A DNA stretch of 64,000 nt, taken from IMG/VR virus record IMGVR_UViG_3300042400_000593; one strand, 5' to 3'. Shown here in pieces: positions 17,957 to 27,001 of the stretch. Below the pieces are notes generated by a model that saw only the letters and a list, made by a program, of their open reading frames with translations, did not search any database and was not told the origin of the DNA. Origin of the DNA: a virus. Its lineage: Duplodnaviria; Heunggongvirae; Uroviricota; Caudoviricetes. Each line of letters begins with the position of its first letter. Within the stretch, counting starts at the first letter, position 1. Position numbers and translations under genes: made by a program.

Positions 17957-19135
17957 TTATAAAATTACTCTTGAAGTAAGTTCTCTTAAACGTTGCAATT
18001 CGACGGATTCATTCATGCAATCTTTTTCTTTTTCTTTTTTAATTGCATTGTCAACTGCACCTTTGTGTTCTTCTTCACCGGTTTCAATTTTGCCATCTTT
18101 GTCATAATCTTTTTTAGCTTTTTTAGCTTCTGCTATTTTCATAAGTTCTTTAGCAGACTTCCATTCTGATTTTGCACGGTTGATTGCAGATTGTTCGTAG
18201 ATCGAACCACCATAAAAACTTTCTGTTTTAGACTCTTCTGTTTCAGACTTTGCTTTTTTAGGTTTCTTAGGAGCATCAGATGTAGTATCACTTGATTCTT
18301 CTTTAGTAGTTTTAGATTTTTCTTTATCTAATTCTTTTTTAAATGCATCACCGTTGCCTTTCTTTTCGTCTTTTTTAGCAAATGGATTATTACCTTTTTT
18401 ATCAGCAATTGCACTTGGTTTTTTAACTGGTGTAATTTCTTCTTCAAATTCTTCGTCATCAGGGATGCCGTTGTTATTTTTATCTAGACGTTTTGAAGCA
18501 GCATGGAATGCTTTAGCTTGACGATTATATTTTTCAACTTTTTGTTTTGTAGCTTCTGGAAGTGGTTTTTCTACCATACCAGTTCCGCCGCATTCACCGC
18601 ATGTGTGAGCAACGCCTTCTTTAACTGTAGATTTGTCAAGTTTTTCAGCTTGATCGATTTTAAGGGCGGCAAGAGATTTCTTTGCTTCCATTAACGCATT
18701 TTTCATTTGTCTTTTTTGACTTTCTGAGTACATATCACTATTCTCTATCTTATCGCCGTATTCGCTAAATTTCATTTCGTATTCTAAATAATGGTAAACT
18801 GAAGAAATATAATCTGCAGCTTTAGTAATTTTAGCTTGAACCCATGATTCAAACTGATCTTGATCTTCAATTTTTTTGAACAATTTAACGCTATATTTTG
18901 CTAACTTATATAAGTCAGCTTTCATCATTGCACCTTCATCGTCAGCATCGATGTTATGACCGTCATGCTGTAATTCGTCTGATGAGATGTCTAAGTTTGG
19001 TTCTGGTAACTCAATCTTTGGTAACTCTACTTCGAGTCCTGCAAATTCCGAAAGGTTTTTTCTATTTTTCATGGTAAACTCCGTTATAGTATATTTAGCC
19101 TCTTTTAATAGTTCCGCCGCCAAATAAACTGACAT
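17957..19135 (-). CDS. hypothetical highly charged Lys/Glu/Asp-rich protein (392 aa) with CGECGGTG motif
   Basis: ORF track; composition resembles a scaffold or internal virion protein. Confidence 0.45.
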   Translation of the reverse strand: MSVYLAAELLKEAKYTITEFTMKNRKNLSEFAGLEVELPKIELPEPNLDISSDELQHDGHNIDADDEGAMMKADLYKLAKYSVKLFKKIEDQDQFESWVQAKITKAADYISSVYHYLEYEMKFSEYGDKIENSDMYSESQKRQMKNALMEAKKSLAALKIDQAEKLDKSTVKEGVAHTCGECGGTGMVEKPLPEATKQKVEKYNRQAKAFHAASKRLDKNNNGIPDDEEFEEEITPVKKPSAIADKKGNNPFAKKDEKKGNGDAFKKELDKEKSKTTKEESSDTTSDAPKKPKKAKSETEESKTESFYGGSIYEQSAINRAKSEWKSAKELMKIAEAKKAKKDYDKDGKIETGEEEHKGAVDNAIKKEKEKDCMNESVELQRLRELTSRVIL

Positions 19136-19358
19136 TTAGATCGGCACCATTTTTAGCAGTGCCGTCTGGATTTTTAGGTTGTACTACTTTAGGTTGCGGA
19201 GGTGCTTTAGTTCCGCTACCAGTAGCCATGCTACCTGTATATGATTTTTTGCCTCTAGCTTTTCCTGGGCTAATATGTGGATTGGCAACTGTGCCGATGT
19301 TTGCAGAACTAGTTGCACCGGCTGATGCAAATTCTACTATAATTTCTCTAATTCTCAT
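19095..19358 (-). CDS. hypothetical Gly-rich small protein (87 aa)
   Basis: ORF track; 41-nt overlap with the upstream gene, so the start is uncertain. Confidence 0.3.
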   Translation of the reverse strand: MRIREIIVEFASAGATSSANIGTVANPHISPGKARGKKSYTGSMATGSGTKAPPQPKVVQPKNPDGTAKNGADLNVSLFGGGTIKRG

Positions 19359-19615
19359 AATTTATTACCCCACAATTCAAACCATGCAGGTGTTCCGGGT
19401 TTGATATTGTTTTCGCGTTGATATTTACCGCGTTCGTCACTAAACGCTTTTTGTTCAGCTTGGTTAACACGATATTCATGTAATCTAGCTTCAGCACCTA
19501 ATCCACCTAAATACTGAGCAATTTTTAATTCATGTATTGGATCATCAGATGCGAGAAAACAGTCATCAGGACTGTCTTGTAGTATATTCTCAGATGTTAT
19601 TCTATACTGTTTCAC
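19355..19615 (-). CDS. hypothetical protein (86 aa)
   Basis: ORF track. Confidence 0.35.
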   Translation of the reverse strand: MKQYRITSENILQDSPDDCFLASDDPIHELKIAQYLGGLGAEARLHEYRVNQAEQKAFSDERGKYQRENNIKPGTPAWFELWGNKL

Positions 19616-19618
19616 ATT

Positions 19619-20023
19619 TTAAATCCCATACCTGTTACGTTTTTTATTAGCAACTGGACTAACTTTGTGAACGTCATCTAATTCAGATGACTTTTTAGAA
19701 GAACCTAGAGACGAGCTGCTAACACCGATGCTTTTTGCAGCACCATCTAAAATCTCTTGATCGCCATCAGTATATGCAAGGGTAACAAAGTTACCGCCGA
19801 TCGGTCCTTCTTTATCCATAGATCGACTAGGCGATCCAGCTAATGCTACACCGAATCTATATGCATGATATGGATTGTTATTGTTATCCAATGCAGGCCA
19901 TGCAGATAAATTTTTTAATGCTTTTCTTGTACCATGATGCAATTTGCTTTCTTGCATAATCGCTGTCATTTCTTCTACGGCAACCTCGAATTCCCGTATG
20001 TCTTCGTTTGTATATCGTTTCAT
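19619..20023 (-). CDS. hypothetical protein (134 aa)
   Basis: ORF track. Confidence 0.4.
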   Translation of the reverse strand: MKRYTNEDIREFEVAVEEMTAIMQESKLHHGTRKALKNLSAWPALDNNNNPYHAYRFGVALAGSPSRSMDKEGPIGGNFVTLAYTDGDQEILDGAAKSIGVSSSSLGSSKKSSELDDVHKVSPVANKKRNRYGI

Positions 20024-21723
20024 TATTCATTCCGTTGTACATTCATTCCCTCCCGTGTAGCTTCGTATAGTGTTTTACCACATACTGTGATATCTTCACT
20101 TACACCAGTTATTAGTTGGAAATTAATTTTGTCACCTAGTTTAGCGTACTCACGCGCTAATGTACCGCTAGCGTTATTAGTGTTATCTTTACGATTTCCA
20201 CTACTAACAAATTTTAATACTACATGTTCCCTACCATTCGGACCGCGGGCATAATCCGATGTGCGAGATGGGCCGCTATTCCAATTGTTAAGTGCAGATT
20301 CTAAACTGAGATTACCTGCACCTAATCTATCACTTCCTGCCACAAATGTCATATGTCTGTAACCTCTATCATATAACCAACATGCAGCTTGCCATGGATC
20401 TCTAACATATTCAGTTACCATAAAGTTAGAATAATCAGGATGAATCTTTTTAATAAATTCAGTCTTAACATTATATTCTAATGGGTCACTTTTTGGATCA
20501 TGCTTATTGCTTGCAAATATGTATGCATGTTCTTTTCCGAGTTCTACAGTTTGTTGTATAACGGTTTTATGTCCGACTGTAGGAGGATTCATTCTACCAA
20601 AGCAAAAAGTTGCCATTGGCATTTTACTTTTTATTTCAATTTCTTCAACAGATACTTTATATTTAGAAAAATTAGCACGACTAAATTCTAATCGATTAAC
20701 AATTTTTATTTTATTAGTACCGGCCCCGCAAACATAACCTTCATGACTTATAATACTATTTATTACAGGTTGTACTGCACTGTATAGTTGTTGCTCGTCA
20801 ATTTGTTGTTTAATATCTAATTTTAAATTAGAAATTGCACTCCATATCTCCCATAGTCCGATAATACCGTTGTAAACATCTTTACGTATTTTCCCATTTG
20901 GTAAAAACAATTTAGAATGAGCAGATTGTGTGAGTCGAGGAGTAGTAAATTCGATAAATCGTTTAGCAATGTTAATAGAGAGATCTTCACTATTAATCAT
21001 ACTAGTGATAAATGGCCCCATTGCAGTAATTACACTTTTACATTTTAACTCAGTTAATTTAGCAATAGTAGCATCTACGTCGCTGGAATGTGTAGCAAGT
21101 GCAGTTTGTACAGCTTGCAGTAATACGCTGTTTATAACAACATTTGGCTGTTTCATCTCAGTTGCAATAAATGTAATATCCTTACAATCTGAAAATACAT
21201 CAAAACCAGTAATCGGTTCATCTTCTGCAGTTAATCCGGAAATAAATGTATGTACTGCAATACCACCAATACTGCTAGCAATCGACTGCCCTAAATCACT
21301 AGTATGTTTAACTCTATATTCAACTGTGTTAGGTTTAAAGACGAACGAATCACCGATACTTGCAGGAGTGTTAACCCATAGCAAATCTCCCATGTAATAA
21401 GTGTCAGTTATGTTTGGAATTATCTTGTCTAATGCAGGACGGAGAATGTCTTCCTTATCCCATAAATCATTGCGATCTATATTGCGGGTTAAGTCATATT
21501 CTCTAATTGAAGTAAATTCGAGGTTGCCTTTAGCAACTTGTTTGAACATGTGCTTATCAACAAGCACTAAAGTTCCATTTTTATCTCTACCAAAAACTAT
21601 TGCAGGAAAGCCGTCCCACTTAATAGTTAATGTTGAAAGATTAATTAATTCATTAACTGCTCGGTGAGCTCCTGCAGATCCTTCGTTAATAATAAGATCT
21701 TCAGGGTGTGCAATTCCTGCCAT
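20023..21723 (-). CDS. two-module nucleotidyltransferase: N-terminal ligase-type KxDG motif region plus C-terminal HxGH (cytidylyltransferase-like, NMNAT-fold) domain
   Basis: TLTIKWDGFPAIVFGR (Lys35, ligase motif I-like) and later EGYVCGAGTNKIKIV (motif IV/V-like); C-terminal FCFGRMNPPTVGHKTV resembles the (H/T)xGH box of NMNAT/PPAT/NadM-class adenylyltransferases; 566 aa. Confidence 0.4.
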   Translation of the reverse strand: MAGIAHPEDLIINEGSAGAHRAVNELINLSTLTIKWDGFPAIVFGRDKNGTLVLVDKHMFKQVAKGNLEFTSIREYDLTRNIDRNDLWDKEDILRPALDKIIPNITDTYYMGDLLWVNTPASIGDSFVFKPNTVEYRVKHTSDLGQSIASSIGGIAVHTFISGLTAEDEPITGFDVFSDCKDITFIATEMKQPNVVINSVLLQAVQTALATHSSDVDATIAKLTELKCKSVITAMGPFITSMINSEDLSINIAKRFIEFTTPRLTQSAHSKLFLPNGKIRKDVYNGIIGLWEIWSAISNLKLDIKQQIDEQQLYSAVQPVINSIISHEGYVCGAGTNKIKIVNRLEFSRANFSKYKVSVEEIEIKSKMPMATFCFGRMNPPTVGHKTVIQQTVELGKEHAYIFASNKHDPKSDPLEYNVKTEFIKKIHPDYSNFMVTEYVRDPWQAACWLYDRGYRHMTFVAGSDRLGAGNLSLESALNNWNSGPSRTSDYARGPNGREHVVLKFVSSGNRKDNTNNASGTLAREYAKLGDKINFQLITGVSEDITVCGKTLYEATREGMNVQRNE

Positions 21724-21747
21724 ATTGTTACCTATATAGTAAAAATG

Positions 21748-22122
21748 TTAGTTGTGATCGTAATGGCCATCTTCCATATCTTTAGAAATGTCGTTGAACA
21801 GTTTTTTACAAACTGCTCTCCATGATTTAGAATCAATGGTGTTTGGCAATTCACGGATTGGATATTGTTTAATATACTCTTTATATCCTTTTGCTACTGC
21901 AGATTTAAAGATAGTGTACTTAATTTCTTTATCTGCTTTTTGCAAATCGATAAATTTGTGAATAGTAGGAAGTAAATGATGACGATATACATTGTCGTCA
22001 TTGTTTAGATAAAACACTAAATCGTCAATTAAATCGTAATCAATTTCGTTACCATCGTTAGTTTTTTTAATAAATTCCTCACTTTTAAAGTGAGCGTTTT
22101 CAAGTAAGTCTGTAATACGCAT
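21748..22122 (-). CDS. hypothetical protein (124 aa)
   Basis: ORF track. Confidence 0.4.
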   Translation of the reverse strand: MRITDLLENAHFKSEEFIKKTNDGNEIDYDLIDDLVFYLNNDDNVYRHHLLPTIHKFIDLQKADKEIKYTIFKSAVAKGYKEYIKQYPIRELPNTIDSKSWRAVCKKLFNDISKDMEDGHYDHN

Positions 22123-22152
22123 GTTATGTTCCAGGTTATTAGTATATTTATA

Positions 22153-22773
22153 CTAATTAAGGATCCGCTCAACAGTTAAATTAACGTTGCCTAGATGCAA
22201 TCGTACAAACAACAAATTGCGTTCACCAGTAACGTAAAGTTGAGTACCTGAATTATAAATGCCAGGTGATACTAAATTAGATTTAGTACGAGGTTGTAAC
22301 TTTATATTTTTATTACCTTCTGCCCATTCAACAAATTCTGTATTAATATTAGTAATAGAACCTAATGTAACACGAAATTCATATGGAGTATCAGGCATGT
22401 AAACCATACCTTTTTCTAAACCTTCTGCCGGCAAACCGATTGATACGATTATGTTTTCAGGAACGGCGTTCATTAAACCTAAAATATCATCATAGTTATT
22501 AGTATAAACATGCAATCTTGGTTGTTCAAACCTAGTTGCAAAATTTTCCATATCCATTATATATTCGTATATTTGAGGTAACAAACTAAATTCATCTTTT
22601 ATATGCGTCCATCTCGGTTTTATACCTTGATTCATAGTATAGTTAAACTCTTGAGTGTACTTGCGTTTGTCTTTACCTCGAAATATATCCCCGTTCCAAA
22701 GACGGAGTACAATGTTGTACTTGTACTCGCCTTTGTACAGTTTCTTAACAGTGTTATACACTGACATGGTCAA
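22153..22773 (-). CDS. hypothetical protein (206 aa)
   Basis: ORF track; overlaps the clpA-like stop by 20 nt. Confidence 0.45.
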   Translation of the reverse strand: MTMSVYNTVKKLYKGEYKYNIVLRLWNGDIFRGKDKRKYTQEFNYTMNQGIKPRWTHIKDEFSLLPQIYEYIMDMENFATRFEQPRLHVYTNNYDDILGLMNAVPENIIVSIGLPAEGLEKGMVYMPDTPYEFRVTLGSITNINTEFVEWAEGNKNIKLQPRTKSNLVSPGIYNSGTQLYVTGERNLLFVRLHLGNVNLTVERILN

Positions 22774-25036
22774 TCTCTAATTTGTTAAGTGTAATTGCAG
22801 GTACTTTAGGGGTTTTCGGTTTAGCAATAAGTGCAATTTTATCATCAGTGACACTAATTGTTAACCAGCCACCATTTTTAAGATCACCGAACAACATCAT
22901 TTTAGCAAGATCACGTTTGATCTCTTTATCAATTACACGATGTAATGGTCTAGCACCCATCTTAGGATCAAATCCTTTTTCTAACAACCAGTTAGTTGCA
23001 GTTTTGTCAATCTTAATACGAATACCTTTATCTTTAACTTGTTCACGTACTTCATCGATAAACTTGTTAATAACTTTAACCATAGAGTCTTTACTTAACT
23101 TATTAAACGTAATAACACCGTCTAACCTGTTACGGAACTCAGGCGATAAAAACTTCTTAAGATCTGCATCCGAGTAGTCTTTTTCTTGAGTACCAAAGCC
23201 AATCTGATTCTTTTCTGCAGATTGCGCACCTGCATTAGTAGTTAAAATTAACACAATGTGACGACAATCAGCTTGTTTACCATTTGATCCAGTAACAAAC
23301 CCGTTATCCATCATCTGTAGTAATACAGTAGATACATCGGGATGTGATTTTTCGATCTCATCAAATAATAATACAGCGTTAGGATTCTCTTGAATTTGTG
23401 TAATTAACAACCCTGCATTGTCTTCAAAACCTACATAACCTGGAGGACTACCGATCAGTTTACTAATACTGTGTTTCTCTTGATACTCTGACATATCAAA
23501 ACGCAATAATTTAGTATTCAAATGTTTAGCAAGTGCTTTAGCAGTTTCGGTTTTACCACAACCTGTAGGACCCATAAACACAAAGCTACCGATTGGTTTG
23601 TTTTCTGGTTTTAAGCCTGCTTGTGCAACCATAATTTTGTCAACAATTTCGGTTAATGCAGTATCCTGACCATACACTTCAGCTTCAAGTTTTTCTTGTA
23701 GAGTAACTAGTGCAGTAGTTTCAGTTTGCATAATTTGCTCAACTGGCATATTAATCATTTTAGCTAATTCAAATTGAATTTCAGCTTCAGTAACTACTCG
23801 TTCGTCAGCAAGTTTTAAATTAAAGCGTGAACATGCACAATCGATTAGGTCAATAGCTTTGTCCGGTAGCTTTTTATCAGCTTGATATTTTACTGAAAGT
23901 TTAATCGACGCTTGCAATGCATCATCTTTGATTTTAAGTTTATGATGCCCTTCGTAATACTTCTTAATACCTTTAAGAATCTGCAAAGTCATTTCCTGTG
24001 TAGGCTCGTCAACTGTAATACGTTGGAATCTACGCATCAATGCACGATCTTTTTCAAAGTGTTTGCGATATTCATCCCATGTAGTAGATGCAATAACTTT
24101 AATATTACCTTTACTAAGAGCAGGTTTCATCATGTTAGCTAAATCATTAGAAGAATTACCAGATGCACCTGCACCACTAATCATATGTGCTTCGTCGATA
24201 AACAATACACACTTGCCTAACTTTTGTAGAGATTTAATAACTGATTTGAAGCGTTCTTCAAAGTCGCCACGGTATTTAGAACCAGCTAACATAGCAGCAA
24301 TATCTAAATTATAAACAGTATAATCTGTTAAAAATTCAGGAACTGCGCCTTGTACGATGTTATATGCAAGGCCTTCTGCAATTGCAGTTTTACCTACGCC
24401 TGGATCGCCTACTAAAATAACATTATTTTTGTTACGACGACCTAGTGCTAATGAAATATGCTCAAGTTCATCAACACGACCGATAACTGGGTCAATTTTG
24501 TTCTGCTTAACTTCTTCGTTTAAGTTAGTAGTGTAAGCTTGAAGTGCTTTATTGTTAACAGGCGACGATTTAACTGATTCGGTAGTAATATCGTCATCGT
24601 CGGCTACGTTAACTAAGTATTCGTTAAATTTTTCCTTAGAAATATTTACTTGCGATACGTAATAAAACGCCCATGATCTTTTTTCACCTAACATTGCTAG
24701 GAAAAAATCAACAGGCTGAATCTTTTGTCCGCCGTTAAACAACACTTGGGTAAATGCACGATTTAATGATCGTTCAACTGCTTGTGTTTTTTTAGGTTTA
24801 ACTACTACTTCGGGTGTAGTAATCTCATGACATTTAGTTTGCAGATGATCTAAAACTAAATTTTTAAGATACACAGTGTCTGCGCCATACCCTTGAATAG
24901 TATTAGCAAATTGTTCATCTTCCATGAGCATCGAAAACAACACATGCTCAAGAGTAACATATTCGTGATGCATGTTTTTTGCAGCAGTAATAGCTTTGTC
25001 AAAAATAGTTTGTAGTTTTTCGCTTGGTTCAACCAT
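22754..25036 (-). CDS. clpA: ClpA-type AAA+ unfoldase (Clp_N domain, two AAA+ modules, ClpP-docking IGF loop)
   Basis: HEYVTLEHVLFSML is a Clp_N repeat. Walker A motifs are VGDPGVGKTAIAEGLA (D1) and GPTGCGKTETAKALA (D2). RGDFEERFK, LPDKAIDLID and GARPLHRVI blocks are near-collinear with E. coli ClpA. QIGFG lies at the position of the ClpA IGL loop. There is no ClpB middle domain; 760 aa. Confidence 0.9.
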   Translation of the reverse strand: MVEPSEKLQTIFDKAITAAKNMHHEYVTLEHVLFSMLMEDEQFANTIQGYGADTVYLKNLVLDHLQTKCHEITTPEVVVKPKKTQAVERSLNRAFTQVLFNGGQKIQPVDFFLAMLGEKRSWAFYYVSQVNISKEKFNEYLVNVADDDDITTESVKSSPVNNKALQAYTTNLNEEVKQNKIDPVIGRVDELEHISLALGRRNKNNVILVGDPGVGKTAIAEGLAYNIVQGAVPEFLTDYTVYNLDIAAMLAGSKYRGDFEERFKSVIKSLQKLGKCVLFIDEAHMISGAGASGNSSNDLANMMKPALSKGNIKVIASTTWDEYRKHFEKDRALMRRFQRITVDEPTQEMTLQILKGIKKYYEGHHKLKIKDDALQASIKLSVKYQADKKLPDKAIDLIDCACSRFNLKLADERVVTEAEIQFELAKMINMPVEQIMQTETTALVTLQEKLEAEVYGQDTALTEIVDKIMVAQAGLKPENKPIGSFVFMGPTGCGKTETAKALAKHLNTKLLRFDMSEYQEKHSISKLIGSPPGYVGFEDNAGLLITQIQENPNAVLLFDEIEKSHPDVSTVLLQMMDNGFVTGSNGKQADCRHIVLILTTNAGAQSAEKNQIGFGTQEKDYSDADLKKFLSPEFRNRLDGVITFNKLSKDSMVKVINKFIDEVREQVKDKGIRIKIDKTATNWLLEKGFDPKMGARPLHRVIDKEIKRDLAKMMLFGDLKNGGWLTISVTDDKIALIAKPKTPKVPAITLNKLEIDHVSV

Positions 25037-25072
25037 ATTAGTAGCTCCTTGTAGTATTAAATAAAGTTATAT

Positions 25073-25100
25073 TATACACTATTTTATAATAATGTCAACT
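25073..25100 (-). promoter_or_regulatory. sigma70-consensus promoter for the clpA-like gene (TTGACA-N16-TATAAT)
   Basis: Minus strand gTTGACAttattataaaatagtgTATAATataactttatttaatactacAAGGAGctactaatATG; the -35 overlaps the dnaJ-like stop. Confidence 0.55.
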
Positions 25101-25928
25101 TAATTGGCTTTGTATTTGCTGTAACTGTGCTACTAATACAGGATCTGTAACTGATACTGGAGCAATTTTAATAACAGTAACAAATCTTCCAGTTTGTTTA
25201 CTGTGTAAATTAGTAAACCCTGCGCCTGCCTTTGCAAATTCTGTTCCTGATTCAACACCTGGCCTAATTGGCATTTGAACAGTATCGCCTGTTATTGTTT
25301 TAACAGTTTTAGTACATCCAATCATTGCTTCGATTGGGGAAATGTCTAATGTTGTATATAAATCATTTCCTTCTCGTCTAAAATTACGGTCAGGTAGTAT
25401 ATGTACAGTTACATTAAGATTCCCGCGTGGAACATTAGGTATCGAATCGTCACCTAATCCATTATATCTAATAGTATCACCGTGGTCAATACCTGCAGGA
25501 ACATTAATGTTTACAGTCTGCGGTCGACCACTCGGTAACGTAAACGTAGCATCTACTTGTTTTCCATTAAACGATTCGACTAATGTTACTTGAACTTGTA
25601 GATTTAAGTCTCTGTTACGTTGTTGTCTAAATCCATTGCCAAACATATTTGTAAAATGTGCATGTTGACCAAACATATCGTTCATGTCAAAATGGAAATG
25701 TTGTCCACCGCCAAAGCCACCAAAGTGATGACCGCTTTGTTGCATATCGTATTCTTGACGTTTTTGTGGATCACTTAGTGTGTCATATGCTACGGAGATA
25801 TCTTTAAAGGTTTCGGGAGAACCGCCTTTGTCTGGGTGATGTTTGTTTGCTAATGAACGATATGCTTTTTTAATATCGTCCTGTGATGCGTCTTGCGACA
25901 CACCTAATTTTGAATAAAAGTCTGTCAT
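25095..25928 (-). CDS. type II J-domain co-chaperone (DnaJ/CbpA-like; no zinc-finger domain)
   Basis: J-domain DFYSKLGV...YRSLANKHHPDKGG (HPD tripeptide); Gly/Phe-rich linker GHHFGGFGGGQHF; C-terminal client-binding domains similar to CbpA; no CxxCxGxG repeats; 277 aa. Confidence 0.85.
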   Translation of the reverse strand: MTDFYSKLGVSQDASQDDIKKAYRSLANKHHPDKGGSPETFKDISVAYDTLSDPQKRQEYDMQQSGHHFGGFGGGQHFHFDMNDMFGQHAHFTNMFGNGFRQQRNRDLNLQVQVTLVESFNGKQVDATFTLPSGRPQTVNINVPAGIDHGDTIRYNGLGDDSIPNVPRGNLNVTVHILPDRNFRREGNDLYTTLDISPIEAMIGCTKTVKTITGDTVQMPIRPGVESGTEFAKAGAGFTNLHSKQTGRFVTVIKIAPVSVTDPVLVAQLQQIQSQLS

Positions 25929-25940
25929 GATTAATCTCTC

Positions 25941-25989
25941 ATAATAAAAGGTCAGTTAGTATAGTAATTATACTATACTAAGACTGACC
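25941..25989 (-). terminator. long nested hairpin followed by a U-run (minus strand), between the lysis cassette and the dnaJ-like gene
   Basis: GGTCAGT t AGTATAGTA atta TACTATACT a AG ACTGACC; revcomp of 25941-25949 gives TTTTATTAT after the hairpin. Confidence 0.45.
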
Positions 25990-26003
25990 TGTCAATATTT
26001 TGA

Positions 26004-26237
26004 TTATTTACGTTTTTTAACTACTTTTTTTGGAGCTGGTTTTACAACTGGTTTTTTAGGTGGAACTTTTTTACCTTCAAACTTCTTATGAACTTTGATA
26101 GTTTTACATTGTTTCTTACCTTTTACAGTTTTGCAAACTTCTTTAGTAGTTGGACCAACGTGTCCTTCTTCATGATTAGCATAAGCAACTGGAGCTGCTA
26201 ACATGCTAATAATAATTAATGATAATAGTTTTTTCAT
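26004..26237 (-). CDS. secreted Lys-rich small protein (77 aa, signal peptide)
   Basis: MKKLLSLIIISMLAAPVAYA signal peptide; very basic KKPVVKPAPKKVVKKRK tail. Confidence 0.45.
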   Translation of the reverse strand: MKKLLSLIIISMLAAPVAYANHEEGHVGPTTKEVCKTVKGKKQCKTIKVHKKFEGKKVPPKKPVVKPAPKKVVKKRK

Positions 26238-26248
26238 ATTGTTTCCTT

Positions 26249-26713
26249 TTATGATTTTGGAATTGGTTTGCCTGCAGGGCGTTTTCTTGCCACTTTAGGA
26301 GCTTCTTGTACAACAGGTTCTGGAGCTGTTTCGACTACAGGTTCTGGAATAACAACCGGTGCAGGAGCAGGCGGTGTATAAACCGGTGCAGGTGCAGGCG
26401 CATACGCAGGAGCAGGTGCTGCAGGCGGTGGTGTAAAGCTGCTAAAATCAGGTAAACTCGGACCAGCAATTTTTTCTTGTGTACGACCGTGTGCTGAGAT
26501 ACCTAATACAACACCCATTGCAATGTGATAAAGACCACCACCTTGTAATGTTAATGGTTGCCACATGTCTAAGTTTTGTCCAGGGTTATAATATTGCAAC
26601 ATGTTGTATAAAATCGGTCCTACAATAAAGTCAAACAAACATGTTGCCATGTAAGTCATTGCCATCATTGGGCGCCAGTATTTTGTCATAAAATCCTCTT
26701 TGTTTTCTTCCAT
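26249..26713 (-). CDS. membrane protein with two TM helices and Pro/Ala-rich tail; holin candidate
   Basis: Hydrophobic segments MAMTYMATCLFDFIVGPILYNML and LYHIAMGVVLGISA; C-terminal PAAPAPAYAPAPAPVYTPPAPAPVV; sits in the lysis cassette. Confidence 0.4.
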   Translation of the reverse strand: MEENKEDFMTKYWRPMMAMTYMATCLFDFIVGPILYNMLQYYNPGQNLDMWQPLTLQGGGLYHIAMGVVLGISAHGRTQEKIAGPSLPDFSSFTPPPAAPAPAYAPAPAPVYTPPAPAPVVIPEPVVETAPEPVVQEAPKVARKRPAGKPIPKS

Positions 26714-26728
26714 TTACGTTCCTTGTAT

Positions 26729-27001
26729 TTAAATTGCTTTTGCTGCTGTTGATGCAATTGTGATTGCAGTGTTTATAATTTTGTTTAATTCTGTTTGTGC
26801 GTTAAGTGCGGCTGCATCTTCTACAATAATCCCTGTCGTAGAAATGTCTGATAACAATTCTTCATATTCTGAAGCACTAATTGTTCCATTTTGGTAATCT
26901 TCTGTCAATGATTTAAGTTCTGCTGCTGCATCTGCAAGAGCGTGACTTTTAACAGTATCATATCCACTTAAACTATTTAAAATATCTTGTGTACTACTCA
27001 T
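26729..27001 (-). CDS. hypothetical protein (90 aa)
   Basis: ORF track; lysis cassette. Confidence 0.4.
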   Translation of the reverse strand: MSSTQDILNSLSGYDTVKSHALADAAAELKSLTEDYQNGTISASEYEELLSDISTTGIIVEDAAALNAQTELNKIINTAITIASTAAKAI

